Source: Octopus sinensis
Lineage: Eukaryota
Assembly: GCF_006345805.1 (NCBI RefSeq)
Contig: NC_043022.1
Span: 4,216,001-4,280,000 of the forward strand
DNA length: 64,000 nucleotides
Direction of reading: 5' to 3'
The translations under genes and the position numbers were made by a program. Numbering within the stretch: position 1 is the first letter of the stretch; every line of letters starts with the position of its first letter. Below the pieces are notes generated by a model. That model saw only the letters and a program-made list of their open reading frames with translations. It had not been told where the DNA came from and ran no database searches. Of the stretch, positions 24,623 to 36,740 are shown piece by piece.

Positions 24623-25142
24623 CAAGGTGCGATGGGTAAATTGTAGCCATTTTATATTTTTAATTTCGCACATCCGCATTGTTTGCTTTAGATTTTGTCG
24701 ACTACACAGTATAGTAGGGTCAGTTGGGCACCATCACACAATTAACTCTGCCAGAAATGTGAAAACAGGCTGTACTGCTTGGCATTCATTCCAGAAGCTC
24801 CAATATGAACATTTCAGAGTATTTGGGTGTCAATCTGAGGAGATGTACTGAGGGTGATGTTATGCCTCCATTCATCTTCCCACGCGATCTCACACTCAAC
24901 ACAGAGGCCTACATCAAATGCCTGGAGGAGGTAGTGCTGTTCTGGATCAAGAGGGTGGCTGCTAGAACACCCATGTCTGGCAATAGGACTCTGCACCTTG
25001 CCACACAAGCAGGAGAACCCAGTCATGGCTGACAGATAATTTCTGTGACCACATCACCCCTAAATCTGGTCACCTAACTCCCCACACCTCAACCCCCCTG
25101 ATTATTATGTGTGGGGTGCAGTTGAGCGAGACACCAACAAAA
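24623..25142 (+). mobile_element. Internally deleted Tc1/mariner transposon of the maT (DD37D-like) group
   Basis: Follows a TA. With frameshifts it reads GDVMPPFIFP...TEAYIKCLEEVVL.WIKRVAA...Q*DSAPCHTSRRTQSW.TDNFCDHITP..W.PNSP.LNP.DYYVWGAVERDTNK. Restoring one base gives 37 residues between the second and third Asp. Confidence 0.85.
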
Positions 25143-25563
25143 CGTGCCAGCCTAGTCAAACCGTCCAACCCATGCCAGCATGGACAACAGACATTAAATG
25201 ATGATGATGATTATTTAGTTTGAGAATTATATTGCAAGGTAAGCGTAAGAGACCAGATCTGGCTAGTTTGAACATAGAACAGGTAGAATATTGTCCTGCT
25301 TGCTAAATACAAATACAGTAAGGATCTTCATGGCCAATGCTGGGGTTTCATAACTGGCATGTAAAAAGCACCCACTCACTTTTGGAGTGGTTGGCGTTAG
25401 GAAGGGCATCCAGCTGTAGAAACATTGCCAGATCAGATTGGAACCTGGTGCATCGCCCCAGTTTACCAGTTTTCAGTCAAACCGTCCAATCCATGCCAGC
25501 ATGGAAAACAGACGTTAACTGATGATGAAAAACTTTGATCAACTGAAATTATCCTCCAAGTAA
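25143..25563 (+). repeat. 421-bp copy of 28485-28905 (RTE tail, MITE D half, RTE UTR, unique flank)
   Basis: Near-identical over the full length, including the non-repeat end AAAACTTTGATCAACTGAAATTATCCTCCAAGTAA. Confidence 0.9.
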
Positions 25564-26523
25564 AATACACATAGACAGTATTTTATGAGGGATATGGGTA
25601 GTTCCCATGGGCACTATCTTTTGAATTTCTGCCATTTTGGGGTTTCCTGGTATCTGAGCTAGGTAGCAATCAGCTCCTTTTGCTATCATTCCTAGGGCAC
25701 CTATGACAACAGGTATTGTTTTAGTCTTCAGGTTCCATATTTTGCCAATTTCTATTTCAAGATCTTTATACTTGCTCAGTGTTTGGTAGATATTATTATT
25801 ATTATTATTATTGTTATTATTATCATCATTTATTGTTACTATTTCATAGAGACATCAAGTCACCAGTTTCGGCATATCAATGTTCTAATTAATAATTTTA
25901 GTGGCTCAATCGTTGCAAACATTACATGGATCGTTAGTTTAGGCATAAATAGCAAAAGCAAAAGACAAACCATTCATGGAAAGGAAAGAAAACTAAAAGA
26001 AAAATAAAAAAAAAACAAAAACAGAAAAATAAAAGAGAGAGAGAGAGAAATATTGTAGAAATGTTAAAATTGATTTTGAATGATACAAAAATTATTATGG
26101 AACTTTGGAATCAATTTGAGTTAATAATCGCAAAATGAAAGAATGGTTTCTCAGAAAGCTCCCAAGACAATTTGTCAGTGAAGAAATATCTTATCAAAAC
26201 TGCAGCGAACGGAGCTAAAAATGCCGACTGTTTGTCAAATCATTGAAAACGAAGGAGAAGAACAAAGTGAGTGCTTAGGGAATATGTGATGCCAGTCATC
26301 TCGAAAATGGTGGATCTGCTGCTGCAGTGGAAATATTCTACAGCTCACATTATCTACAAGAGCATTGTTTCTTTTTGTTTATCGATGAAGTTTAGGAATA
26401 ATTCCTTCCAGAAACAGCAGAATTATCTATCTATCTATGAGAAGCTACACTTGTACAGAAACCAACAGAGGGGCCTCTACATGGTGAACCTACTAGAAAT
26501 AGCAGCCAAATTATCTCCACTCT

Positions 26524-26815
26524 CTCTCTTTTACTTGTTTCAGTCATTTGACTGCGGCCATGCTGGAGCACCGCCTTTAATCGAGCAACTCGACCCCGGG
26601 ACTTATTCTTTTGTAAGCCCAGTACTTATTCTATCGGTCTCTTTTGCCGAACCGCTAAGTGACGGGGACGTAAACACACCAGCATCGGTTGTCAAACAAT
26701 GCTAGGGGAACAGACACAGACACACAAACATACACGCACACACATATATATATATATATACATATATACGACGGGCTTCTTTCAGTTTCCGTCTACCAAA
26801 TCCACTCACAAGGCC
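26524..26815 (-). mobile_element. SINE family A, head missing
   Basis: Consensus 3' two-thirds of the element. Confidence 0.85.
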
Positions 26816-26949
26816 GTCTTTAAAAATCAAAAAAAAAAGTCTAGCTTTTACTCGTTTGCTTCATTCATCAGATTATGGCCATGCTGGAGCATCACCTTGA
26901 AGGGTTTTAATACCAGTCCTTTTTTTTTTAATCTAGTACTTATGTCGGT

Positions 26950-27298
26950 GACCTAAATTAAAAACCTCTCGTCAAAATCTCACGTTAATTCATATTACAG
27001 ACACTAGCATAACAACAACAAAGTTATTTTAATAAATTCTTTGTCATTTTCAAAATTAATTGAAACAAAGCCAGCAAATACATTTCAGCAGAAAAATGGT
27101 TAAAGAAACAAAAAAAAAGTGGGGGTGGGGTTAAAGTGTTCTAAATTAAAATCTTACACCGAAATGTCACGTTAATTTTTATTCCAAAACCTAGCACAAT
27201 AACAACAAAGTTATTTTAATAAATTCTTTGTAATTTCCAAAAGTAATTGCAACAAAGGCAGAATTATTCCAACAGAATTATGGCAACAAAAAAGGGTT
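26950..27298. mobile_element. Two tandem partial copies of a putative MITE family G (AAAGGGTT end)
   Basis: TAAATTAAAA...CACGTTAATT...ACAACAAAGTTATTTTAATAAATTCTTTG...AACAAAG occurs twice. The second copy ends CAAAAAAGGGTT. Confidence 0.55.
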
Positions 27299-28116
27299 TG
27301 AGAGCAACATTTCCACTCTCCCCACGAGCAGCCATTTTGCCTGCTTTGTTCCCGCTCCAAGAGACACACAAAGCCACGTTTAATCTAATCGACAACATCA
27401 CCATACTGCACAGCCGCCATACTGCCTTACTACGGACCGACCTGACTGTAGTACTGTCGTCTGGTCTCTCGTCACTGATTCAATGAACATGTCTCTGAAT
27501 AATCAGATTCTAACACACTCTCTCGGATACTTTTATTTCTTTTGTTAACAATCAACTACGTTCCAAACATCTGGCTGGATAGTACCCCACCCCACCCCGC
27601 TCATCATCAGCAATGTCGCTCTAACCATCATCAAATGGCTGTTTCCATTCTTAACATCACTCTAAAAGAGACAGTTTTCTTTGATTGAAAGCACACTTTG
27701 CCCTTTCTTCCTCGCCCCCCACACATTCCAACATTTTTTTTCTCAGAGACTTTTTATTTTAATTTTATTATTTTTTTTTTCCTTTTCTTTTGGTCAGGTC
27801 ACGTACGTACCAATCGTAGTTTAGCCACATCTCTTTAGTCATTCATAACCTAAGCTGCAAACAGTGCCAAGCGGGAGAAAATGTCAGAGCAAATTGCCGC
27901 CAAATACCAACAAATTAACAGAGAAATGGTAGACAGCTTATTTACAAACCGCCACATCCTCCGATGCTAAAATGGTTTGGGGGAACAGCGCGGTTGTGGT
28001 GCGACTCTCATTGAGTTCTTGGTTCCTTCCCTCTCACACAGATTTAGTCTTATCAGAACTAATGTCAATACATAACTTTATATAAAGCAAAAGACATGGG
28101 TTTCAGACACAACAGC

Positions 28117-28640
28117 TTAACCCTTTGCCATTCAGATTATTCTGTCAAATGCAATGCTTATTAATTCATATTGCTTTTAATTAATCCTGCATTATCTTGC
28201 AGATTCAGGAGGCGAGGTAGTTGAGCTCCTTCCAAGCAGGCCCCACGAAGGCAAAGTGGCCAAGTTCCTTTTGAGTGTTGGGCCTTGAGGAAGCAATGAC
28301 CAAGACCTTTGGCATTATGTCATGCTTGAGAAGAAAACCCATAAAGCCAAGCAAAGTTGGAGTATCACGCAAATGGCACCTGCACCGGTGGCACAAAAAA
28401 GCACCCATGACACTCTCAAAGTTGTTGGTGTTAAGAAGGGCATTCAGCTGTAGAAAACCATGCCAAATCAGTGCAGCCTTCCAGCGTGCCAGCCTAGTCA
28501 AACCGTCCAACCCATGCCAACATGGACAACGGACATTAACTGATGATGATGATTATTTAGTTTGAGAATTATATTGCAAGGTAAGCGTAAGAGACCAGAT
28601 CTGGCTAGTTTGAACATAGAACAGGTAGAATATTATCCTG
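28117..28640 (+). mobile_element. MITE family D split by an RTE 3' end (ORF2 remnant plus UTR, ~28205-28555)
   Basis: MITE 5' half at 28117-28203 and 3' half at 28556-28640. The insert encodes a degenerate GLEEAMT.DLWHYVMLEK.T.KAK followed by the RTE UTR and GAT tail. Confidence 0.75.
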
Positions 28641-28671
28641 CTTGCTAAATACAAATACAGTAAGGATCTTC

Positions 28672-28870
28672 ATGGCCAATGCTGGGGTTTCATAACTGGC
28701 ATGTAAAAAGCACCCACTCACTTTTGGAGTGGTTGGCGTTAGGAAGGGCATCCAGCTGTAGAAACACTGCCAGATCAGATTGGAGCCTGGTGCACCGCCC
28801 CAGTTTACCAGTTTTCAGTCAAACCGTCCAATCCATGCCAGCATGGAAAACAGACGTTAACTGATGATGA
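28672..28870 (+). mobile_element. RTE 3' UTR fragment
   Basis: GTGGTTGGCGTTAGGAAGGGCATCC...GACGTTAACTGATGATG. Confidence 0.85.
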
Positions 28871-29144
28871 AAAACTTTGATCAACTGAAATTATCCTCCA
28901 AGTAATTAACGAAGGAAAACTCCCTATAGGGATAAACATCAAAGGGCATGACTCTAATAAGATCTGCTAATTGAAATTTAGAGGGAAATATAGACAATGC
29001 AGAATGGAGAGTGTCCGGATTATCACTTAACTTGTATGAGACTTTACCACAGAGGGGAACATCAGTGGAGCCAGTATTGAAACACGTGATATCATGAGAA
29101 CCATACTAACCTTCTTTACATTCATTTTGGAGGAAATGAAGGTA

Positions 29145-29452
29145 ATCATCATCATCATCGTTTAACGTCCGTTTTCCGCGCTAGCACGGGTTGGACGGTT
29201 TCGACTGGGGTCTGGGGAGCCAGGGGCTGCCCCAGGCTCCAGTCTGGTCTGGCAGTGTTTCTACAGCTGGATGCTCTTCCTAACGCCAACCACTCCGCGA
29301 GTGTAGTGGGTGCTTTTTACGTGCCACCTGCACAGGTGCCAGAGGGGTCTGGCATCGGCCACGGTCAGTTGGTGCTTTTTATGTGCCACCTGCACAGAAG
29401 CCAGTCGGGGCGGTGCTGGCATCGGCCACGTTCGGATGGTGCTTTTTATGTG
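29145..29452 (-). mobile_element. RTE 3' UTR fragment
   Basis: (CAT)n CGTTTAACGTCC...CCTAACGCCAACCACTCC plus subrepeats. Confidence 0.85.
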
Positions 29453-30988
29453 GGGAAGGGAGAAAACTCTAATACCCTACTGCTATCATTTATTTCTGTT
29501 CCTCTTACAGCAGAGGGATGGAATAACTTGGAAATTTTCCAACAAGACTTTATAAAGTTGAGACAACTGATGTTTAAGTGTAAGTGTTTTTTCGTGAATG
29601 TTAAGAAAGTGCGGAAACAAGACACTGACTCTGGACAAACCATCAACGGAAGCAAAGAGTTGGGAGCCAAGTAACCATCGTAAGAGAGAAGAAATGTTGA
29701 CAACAACAATACTGAGTAAATAAATAAAACTGGTGATGAGCAACACATGGTGGGTGGATAGGATATCAGTCAAGGGAGAATTTACAAGGGAAAATACAAA
29801 CAACATCAACAAAAAACAATTCTAGGCTTTAGAAAACAACACTGAAATCAAACCTAATCACAAAGAAAAGGGAGTTAAGATAAGGGGGGGGGAACAATTT
29901 TTCCTTTTCCCCTTTTACCCCCCCACCCCCACCCCACCCCTCGAGCTTTCTCGGTTTACATGTCTTCAATGTAACCTAAATGGATCGAGAAATTGTTGTA
30001 AAACAGTGAAAAATTTCAATTTGGAGTTTCTAGTAGTCAAGAAGAGGCTGAAAGTGAAGTCTGTAGTCGGATCCAATTCATCAAAGAGGAAACAGGGTTG
30101 GGTGAGGAGAGGGGGTGGGGTGGGAAGAAGAGACGGGGGGGCGGGGGTGGTAGGTAGGAGTTAATTAACTGAGAGTGAAACCACAAGGAGCTGAGAAGCA
30201 ACACAAGGCAAACATAGCTTTAAACACACGGATCACACAGCAAGAGAAGCAGCAAATAGCTCCTTCCTGAAATAATTAGCAACTAATCAAAGAGTGGGGT
30301 CCATGAGTCTGAAAGAATTCGGTAGGCACACATTAACACACACGTGCATACACACATGCATATATATATTTGTGTATATATATATATATGCATGCGTATA
30401 CACACACATATTTATATATATAATATGCATGCCTATATAGACACATATGTATAATATGCAAGCATATATATACACACATATATACATATAAACACACACA
30501 CACACAACATGTCTATGGATGTGCATACACAGACTTGGAACCTGTAAGACGATCTTCCAGCCCAATTCTCAGAGGGATTATTCCTGAATGCAGCAGCGAC
30601 TGTCTTGGAGTAAATTGTTAATGCTGCCAGCAGAAAAATCTTATTAGCTTACATTACAAGTAACAAGGGTATCTGGTCATGTTTTTATCAAGTAGAGGGG
30701 AGGAAAGATTTGTATTGACACGTACATGAGCTTGTTGCATTAAAACATCATTGTTGTCGAGAAGTTAGCACAAGGGAGCCATAAAATACGTCTTGCTTAC
30801 ATTCTCTAACATCTCCTCAAAGACATGAACCACACACTGCAAGGCTTATATCGCCGCCACCATCACTGGTTTTGCATCCACTTTTCTCAGTCTGGTATAG
30901 GTTGGACAAACCATATTGCTGAAGTATTTTGCAGCTGGATACCCTTCCTGACTCCCACACGAGGTGATATATGTATATATATATATGT

Positions 30989-31223
30989 CTGGCGCCACAC
31001 GATCTTCAACGCAGTCAGCAAGTTTGAGGAACAAAGAAGAGACACACTTAAAGACAAGAGACACAGGAGGAAGGCGCAAGCCGCCTCTGACACCACACCG
31101 GATGTTACCTTCATCTGTGGACACTGCTCACGGACCTAACTTTCCCATATCAGACTTGTCAGTCATGAGCGTGCATGCACGCGACGTGGGCAGCCTCCTG
31201 ATCTTTGTTCGCGAAGCTAAGCC
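30989..31223 (+). mobile_element. 3' end of a second RTE-clade LINE (C-terminal Cys/His motif)
   Basis: WRHTIFNAVSKFEEQRRDTLKDKRHRRKAQ...TFICGHCSRT*LSHIRLVSHERAC resembles the RTE C..C.R.C.SRIGL.SH.R motif, with one premature stop. Confidence 0.8.
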
Positions 31224-31445
31224 CTGGCAGAACCATTAGCACGCCGGGCGAAATGCGTAGCAGTATTTCGTCTGCCTTTACATTCTGAGTTTAAATTCCG
31301 CCGAGGTTGACTTTGCCTTTCATCCTTTCGAGGTCGATAAATTAAGTACCAGCTACGCACTGGGGTCGATGTAATCAACTTAATTCGTTTGTCTGTCCTT
31401 GTTTGCCCCCTCTATGTTTAGCCTCTTGTGGGTAATAAAGAAACA
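31224..31445 (+). mobile_element. SINE family B, near full length
   Basis: CTGGCAGAACCATTAGCACGCCGGGCGAAATGC...TTGTGGGTAATAAAGAAA. Confidence 0.9.
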
Positions 31446-31486
31446 TATATATATACATATATATATATAAAAATAAATATATATTG

Positions 31487-32520
31487 GCCGTTCGCCAGCC
31501 TCATCTAGCACCTGTGTCGGTGGCACATAAAAACACCATCCGAAGACCCGGCAAGACTAGTCAGGCCATATCCCATGCCCCCCCCCCTACCTGGGACGTA
31601 GTCAGTCCACCTGTGCATACCTTCCTCCTTGTGATACTTGTGAAGGCCTGTTGAGGCAAGTGAAAATCAAAATGAAATCAAAACAAATCAAATCAAATCA
31701 AATCAAAATAGATGAACACTAATGGAATTGTATCTTTGTGGTACCAGTGCCGGTGGCACACAAGAAAACCATCCGAACGTGGCCGTAGCCAGTACCGCAC
31801 CGACTGGCCTCCGTGCTGTGGGCACGTAACAAACACCATCCGATCGTGGCCGTTCGCCAGCCTCATCTGGCACCTGTGTCGGTGGCACATAAAAACACCA
31901 TCCGAAGACCCGGCAAGACTAGTCAGGCCATATCCCATGCCCCCCCCCCTACCTGGGACGTAGTCAGTCCACCTGTGCATACCTTCCTTCTTGTGACACT
32001 TGTGAAGACCTGTTGAGGCAAGTGAAAATCAAAACAAATCAAATCAAATCAAAATAGATGAACATCAATGGAATTTGTATCTTTGTGGTACCAGTGCCGG
32101 TGGCACGTGTCACACAAGAAAACCATCCGAACGTGGCCGTAGCCAGTACCGCATCGACTGGCCTCCGTGCTGTGGGCACGTAACAAACACCATCCGATCG
32201 TGGCCGTTTGCCAGCCTCATCTGGCACCTGTGTCGGTGGCACATAAAAACACCATCCGAGCGTGGCCGTCTGCCAGCCTCGTCTGGCACATAAAAAACAC
32301 CATCCGAGCGTGGCCATTTGCCAGCCTCGTCTGGCACCTGTGTCGGTGGCACATAAAATCACCCACTACACTCTCGGAGTGGTTGGCGTTAGGAAGGGCA
32401 TCCAGCTGTAGAAACACTGCCAGATCTGACTGGACTGGTGCAGCTTTCGGGCTCCCCAGACCCCAGTTGAACCGTCCAACCCATGCTAGCATGGAAAGCG
32501 GACGTTAAATGATGATGATA
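31487..32520 (+). mobile_element. Long RTE 3' UTR with an internal ~360-bp duplication, (AAATC)n tract and ~62-bp subrepeats
   Basis: AAGACCCGGCAAG (the KTRQ ORF-end motif) at ~31545 and ~31905, duplicated body, standard terminal segment with GAT tail. Confidence 0.8.
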
Positions 32521-33399
32521 TATATATATCTTCATATTCTGCTGTTGTTCACATGTTGAAACTGACAGCTCTGCCAAGTAACAGAACAATTGTTTAGGAT
32601 GTCATCATTACTTTGCTATCAAATCCATTCATAAAGCTTTAGTTGGCTTGACGATATAGTAGAAGATGGCCAAGGTGCCAAACAATGGGACTGAACCTGG
32701 AACCATGTGGTTGGGAAGCAAACTTCTTACCACACAGTTGCTGCATTTTATAAAATTATATTACTGCTGCATTGTATGAAAAAAAAGAAAAATTAAAATA
32801 TTTTGTGGATTGTGGAAGTGTATAACCAATTTATTGCAAATAAATTTTAACAAAATCTTATATGAACACCACCCCCCACCCCCGATCACATGGACCCAGA
32901 GAGGGGGAAAAAAGCAGAAGGGGAGGGGCAACAGATTGTGCTCCCAGAACAAATGGTGTATTCAGCCATGCCTTGCAAACATGACTGCAAAAGTATTGCT
33001 GTGGAGAATGGCCAGTGGCAGCCACCCCAGGCCATGGGGCTCACTTCTCAGAACTGTAGTTGAAAATCTTAGAACAATAACCTTGTCTTCAACTGAAATA
33101 TGAAGACATTGTTAGGAAAGCACCAGTCTCAGACAATTATGAATTCCATTTTTAAAAAAAAGGAAAGAAAATATATATTTATTGCTTATTTTAAAAAATA
33201 ACTAAAAGAATTGTAACATTTTGGTTATAAATTCCTCCATCTCCGGTATCTGGCAGCCAAAATGCCACCCTCAAACAAATTAACCAATTTCTTTTGAAAA
33301 TGGATTTTATATTTAGAATAACACCCCCACCCCACCCATGAAGAGATCCAGAGATACCAACTAAAGTGTATGGTTCTGTGCCAGGACTTACAGTGCCAA

Positions 33400-33668
33400 A
33401 GCAAAAGTTTTAATATGAACCAATCTAATGAGGTGTATCTGACACCAGTTAGTTACGAGTGTACCCATGACTTTGGGAAACATTTTTTCACGCTCAGAGT
33501 TGCTGAAGCATGGAATAAACTGCCTGCGTCAGTTGTTGACTGCCATGAAACTGCATCCTTTAAGGCCCTCATGCTTTCCGAAATCCGCCGAAACTACACC
33601 TGATTATATATACACTTTAGATGAGTTGTAGTGCACCTGAGCACTGTACACAATTATTATTATTATTG
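33400..33668 (+). mobile_element. CR1/L2-group LINE 3' end with (ATT)n tail
   Basis: HFFTLRVAEAWNKLPASVVDCHETASFKALML matches the FF..RV...WN.LP..VV......FK motif. Confidence 0.8.
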
Positions 33669-33669
33669 A

Positions 33670-33925
33670 TCAGATCAATGAACAACATGCAAGTGGCTGA
33701 GCACTCCACAGACCTGCATGCCCTTAATGTTCTTCTCAGGGGGATTCGGCGTGATACAGAATGTGACTAGGCTGGCCCCTTTTGAATTACAGGTACAACT
33801 CAGGTTTGCCAGCTGAGTGAAGTGAAGCAACGGAAAATAAAGTTTCTTGCTCAAGGATACAATGTGCAGTTGAGAATTGAACTCACGACTTCACAAGTAT
33901 GAGCTGAATACTGTAACCACTAAGC
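33670..33925 (-). mobile_element. SINE family E with long body
   Basis: Reverse match to 12685-12995. Confidence 0.75.
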
Positions 33926-34079
33926 CATGCACAATCACATTGTTTCTCTAAAGTCACCGGGAGAGGCATCAACATCACAACACCCGATTTGACTTCTCTA
34001 TAAAGCAGAGGCTTACAGTTGAAAGAAATGTATTTTCTGTTTGATGTCAATCGTAAGCCGTATCCAGTCCAAAGATTCT

Positions 34080-34247
34080 ACCTGTTTTATGTTCAAACTG
34101 GCCAGATCCAACCTCTCACACCTACCCGACAATGTCATTCTAAAAATAATCAATCCGGTCATTGAAATCTTGTAGCAGTGAGATAATATATGATTAATAA
34201 ATAAGATTTTAGATTTGACAGAGTAATCTGAAATGCTAAAGAGTTAA
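34080..34247 (-). mobile_element. MITE family D copy
   Basis: Ends CTGAAATGCTAAAGAGTTAA. Confidence 0.75.
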
Positions 34248-35534
34248 ATTATGTTGGAAGGTCATTACAGGACCCAAGACACTGAACGTTTCTGCTACAA
34301 AAGGTTCAAAAGGGGATCTGTTGGAGAGTTACTGGTACCTGTCTGGCAACAAAGCCTTACTTTTTCTGTTGTAGAAGGGACGACGATCGTGATGCAGAGA
34401 AAAAAGTCTCAGTGTGAATGTTAGCTAGTCTGTCCACATTTGCATATCGGAAACACCACGGCTAACTCGTTTGGCGGAGGTGGACGGGAACAGTGTAACA
34501 ATAATTACGTTATGCAGAGAACGATTAGTGATTTTTAATGACTCTAACCCCTACCAGTACCACCACCCAACCCCTCGTTAAACCAATATAGCGTATAATC
34601 AATAAGGCAACACTGATGATATTATATATATATATCATCATCATCATCATCACCACCAACAATAACAGCATCATCATCATCATCATCATCTTCTGACTAA
34701 TTGGTAGGCTGTACCATGCTAACAGCAGAACGAGTGGTTCAATGCTGGTTTGTGTGGTGGTGACGGAGGGGGGTGAATGGGGGGATGGGGTATTTTTATT
34801 GTGTTGTTGCCTTCCGAGACTGACTCTCCCCACCCACGCCGCCACCCCGCCCCCAACTCCGGCTGCCGGTGCTGCCAACCAAAATGCCCCGTTGACTTAT
34901 CGATATTATCATCCGACTAAAACATAGCTGACACTCATTACTGTGGCTTTCATGAGGAGCCTGACCTGTCTACTTCACTTACGCATGATATATTAGAGCG
35001 GTGATCTATCGGGGGTGAAGATTCAACACAGAAGCACGACGAGCGTTCTTTGATGGCGGCAACGACGAAGACGGTAGCGATGGCTGTGGTAGCAGCAGCA
35101 GCAGCAGTAGTAGTAGTAGTGATGGTTGCCTAATTCTTTTTCATTTGCAGTGCAGTGGATATAAATAACAACATATGCAGCACCAGTAAAGAAGGGCCGA
35201 TGTGATTAACAAAACAATATTTTGGTTCTCGGGTTACACAAAACAGATGTTGTCGGCTTACCTAAAAGGCAGATTGATAACCAGCGAGGTTTTGAATTAT
35301 TTATTGCTTGCCAGCAAGGGCACCGGTGGTCGGTCGGTCGGTCCTTGGTAGCTGCGCTTGGGTTATATAACAGGATGTCGTGTATAACCTTTGCTTTTGT
35401 AGTCAACGTAACTCGAGGATGTAATTGATACGAGGGGTGGCGGGTGGCGGTGTCCTTTGAAATGGAATTATATTGTTACTTTGATGTCTGAGTTAGCCCT
35501 GATTGATTGGAAAACTTCTTTTTTTTCTTTTCCC

Positions 35535-36210
35535 TTTACCTTTTACTTGTTTCCGTCATTTCACTGCAGCCACTTAAGAGTTTTAGTGAAAAGAAAAACC
35601 AACCCCAGGACTTATAAGACCAGTACTTATTGAACTGGTCTCTCTTGCTAAACCATTAAGCTACAGGGATGTAAACACACCGACACTGGCTGTCAAAACG
35701 ATGATGGAGAGACAAACAGAAACACCCCCACATACATATACATATACACACACACACACACGCATATATACACATACACACATATATATACATATATATA
35801 CACATATACATACATATATATACACACACACATACATATATATACACACACACATACATATATATACACACACACATACATATATATACACACACACATA
35901 CATATATATATACACACACACATATATATATATATATACACACACATATATATATATATACACACACACATATATATATATACACACACATATATATATA
36001 TACACACACATATATATATATATACACACACATATATATATATATACACACACATATATATATATACACACACATATATATATATATACACACACACATA
36101 TATATATATACACACACATACATATATATATATACACACGAAACCGGACTGAAACCGGAACCGTGTGGTCAGTAAGGAAGCTTCTTACCACACAGCCACA
36201 CCCGCACCTA
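35535..36210 (-). mobile_element. SINE family A whose middle is occupied by a ~400-bp (TA/CA) microsatellite
   Basis: 3' part at 35535-35720 and head at 36140-36210 flank the array at ~35730-36138. Confidence 0.75.
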
Positions 36211-36504
36211 TGAAATGAACATTACTAAACCAAAATGAAGGACAGCATCGTTAAAGCGCCAGACAACCCCATGCCTTGCAGTATTTGGTCTGGCCCTTTA
36301 TGCTCTGAGTTCAAATCCCACTTCAGTCAACTAAACCTACATCCTTCTCCCCACCAGAATTACAATTCTTGTGCTTATGTTAGAAAATAACAATAAATTT
36401 CAAATTTTGGCACAAGGCCAGCAATTGTGAGGGGGAAGGTGCAAGTTAAATACACTGACTCCTAGTCGTCCACAGGTACCTATTTTATCGACTCCCATGG
36501 TGGC

Positions 36505-36740
36505 AGCAGTGATTGTGATGAAGGCGGTGGTGATGGTGGCAGTGGTGAGGGTGGCAGTGGTGGTGGTGAGGGTGGTGGTGGTGATGAGGGTGGCAGTGGT
36601 GAGGGTGGTGTGGTGATGGTGGCGATGGTGATGGTGGCAGTGGTGAGGGTGGCGGTGGTGAGGGTGGTGGTGGCGATGAGGGTGGTGGTGGTGTGGTGAT
36701 GGTGGCGAGGTTGGCGGTGGTGATGGTGGCGGCAGCAGCA
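36505..36740. repeat. (GGT/GGC/GAT/GAG)n compound trinucleotide tract
   Basis: Directly visible. It explains the poly-H, poly-P and poly-T ORFs. Confidence 0.9.
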
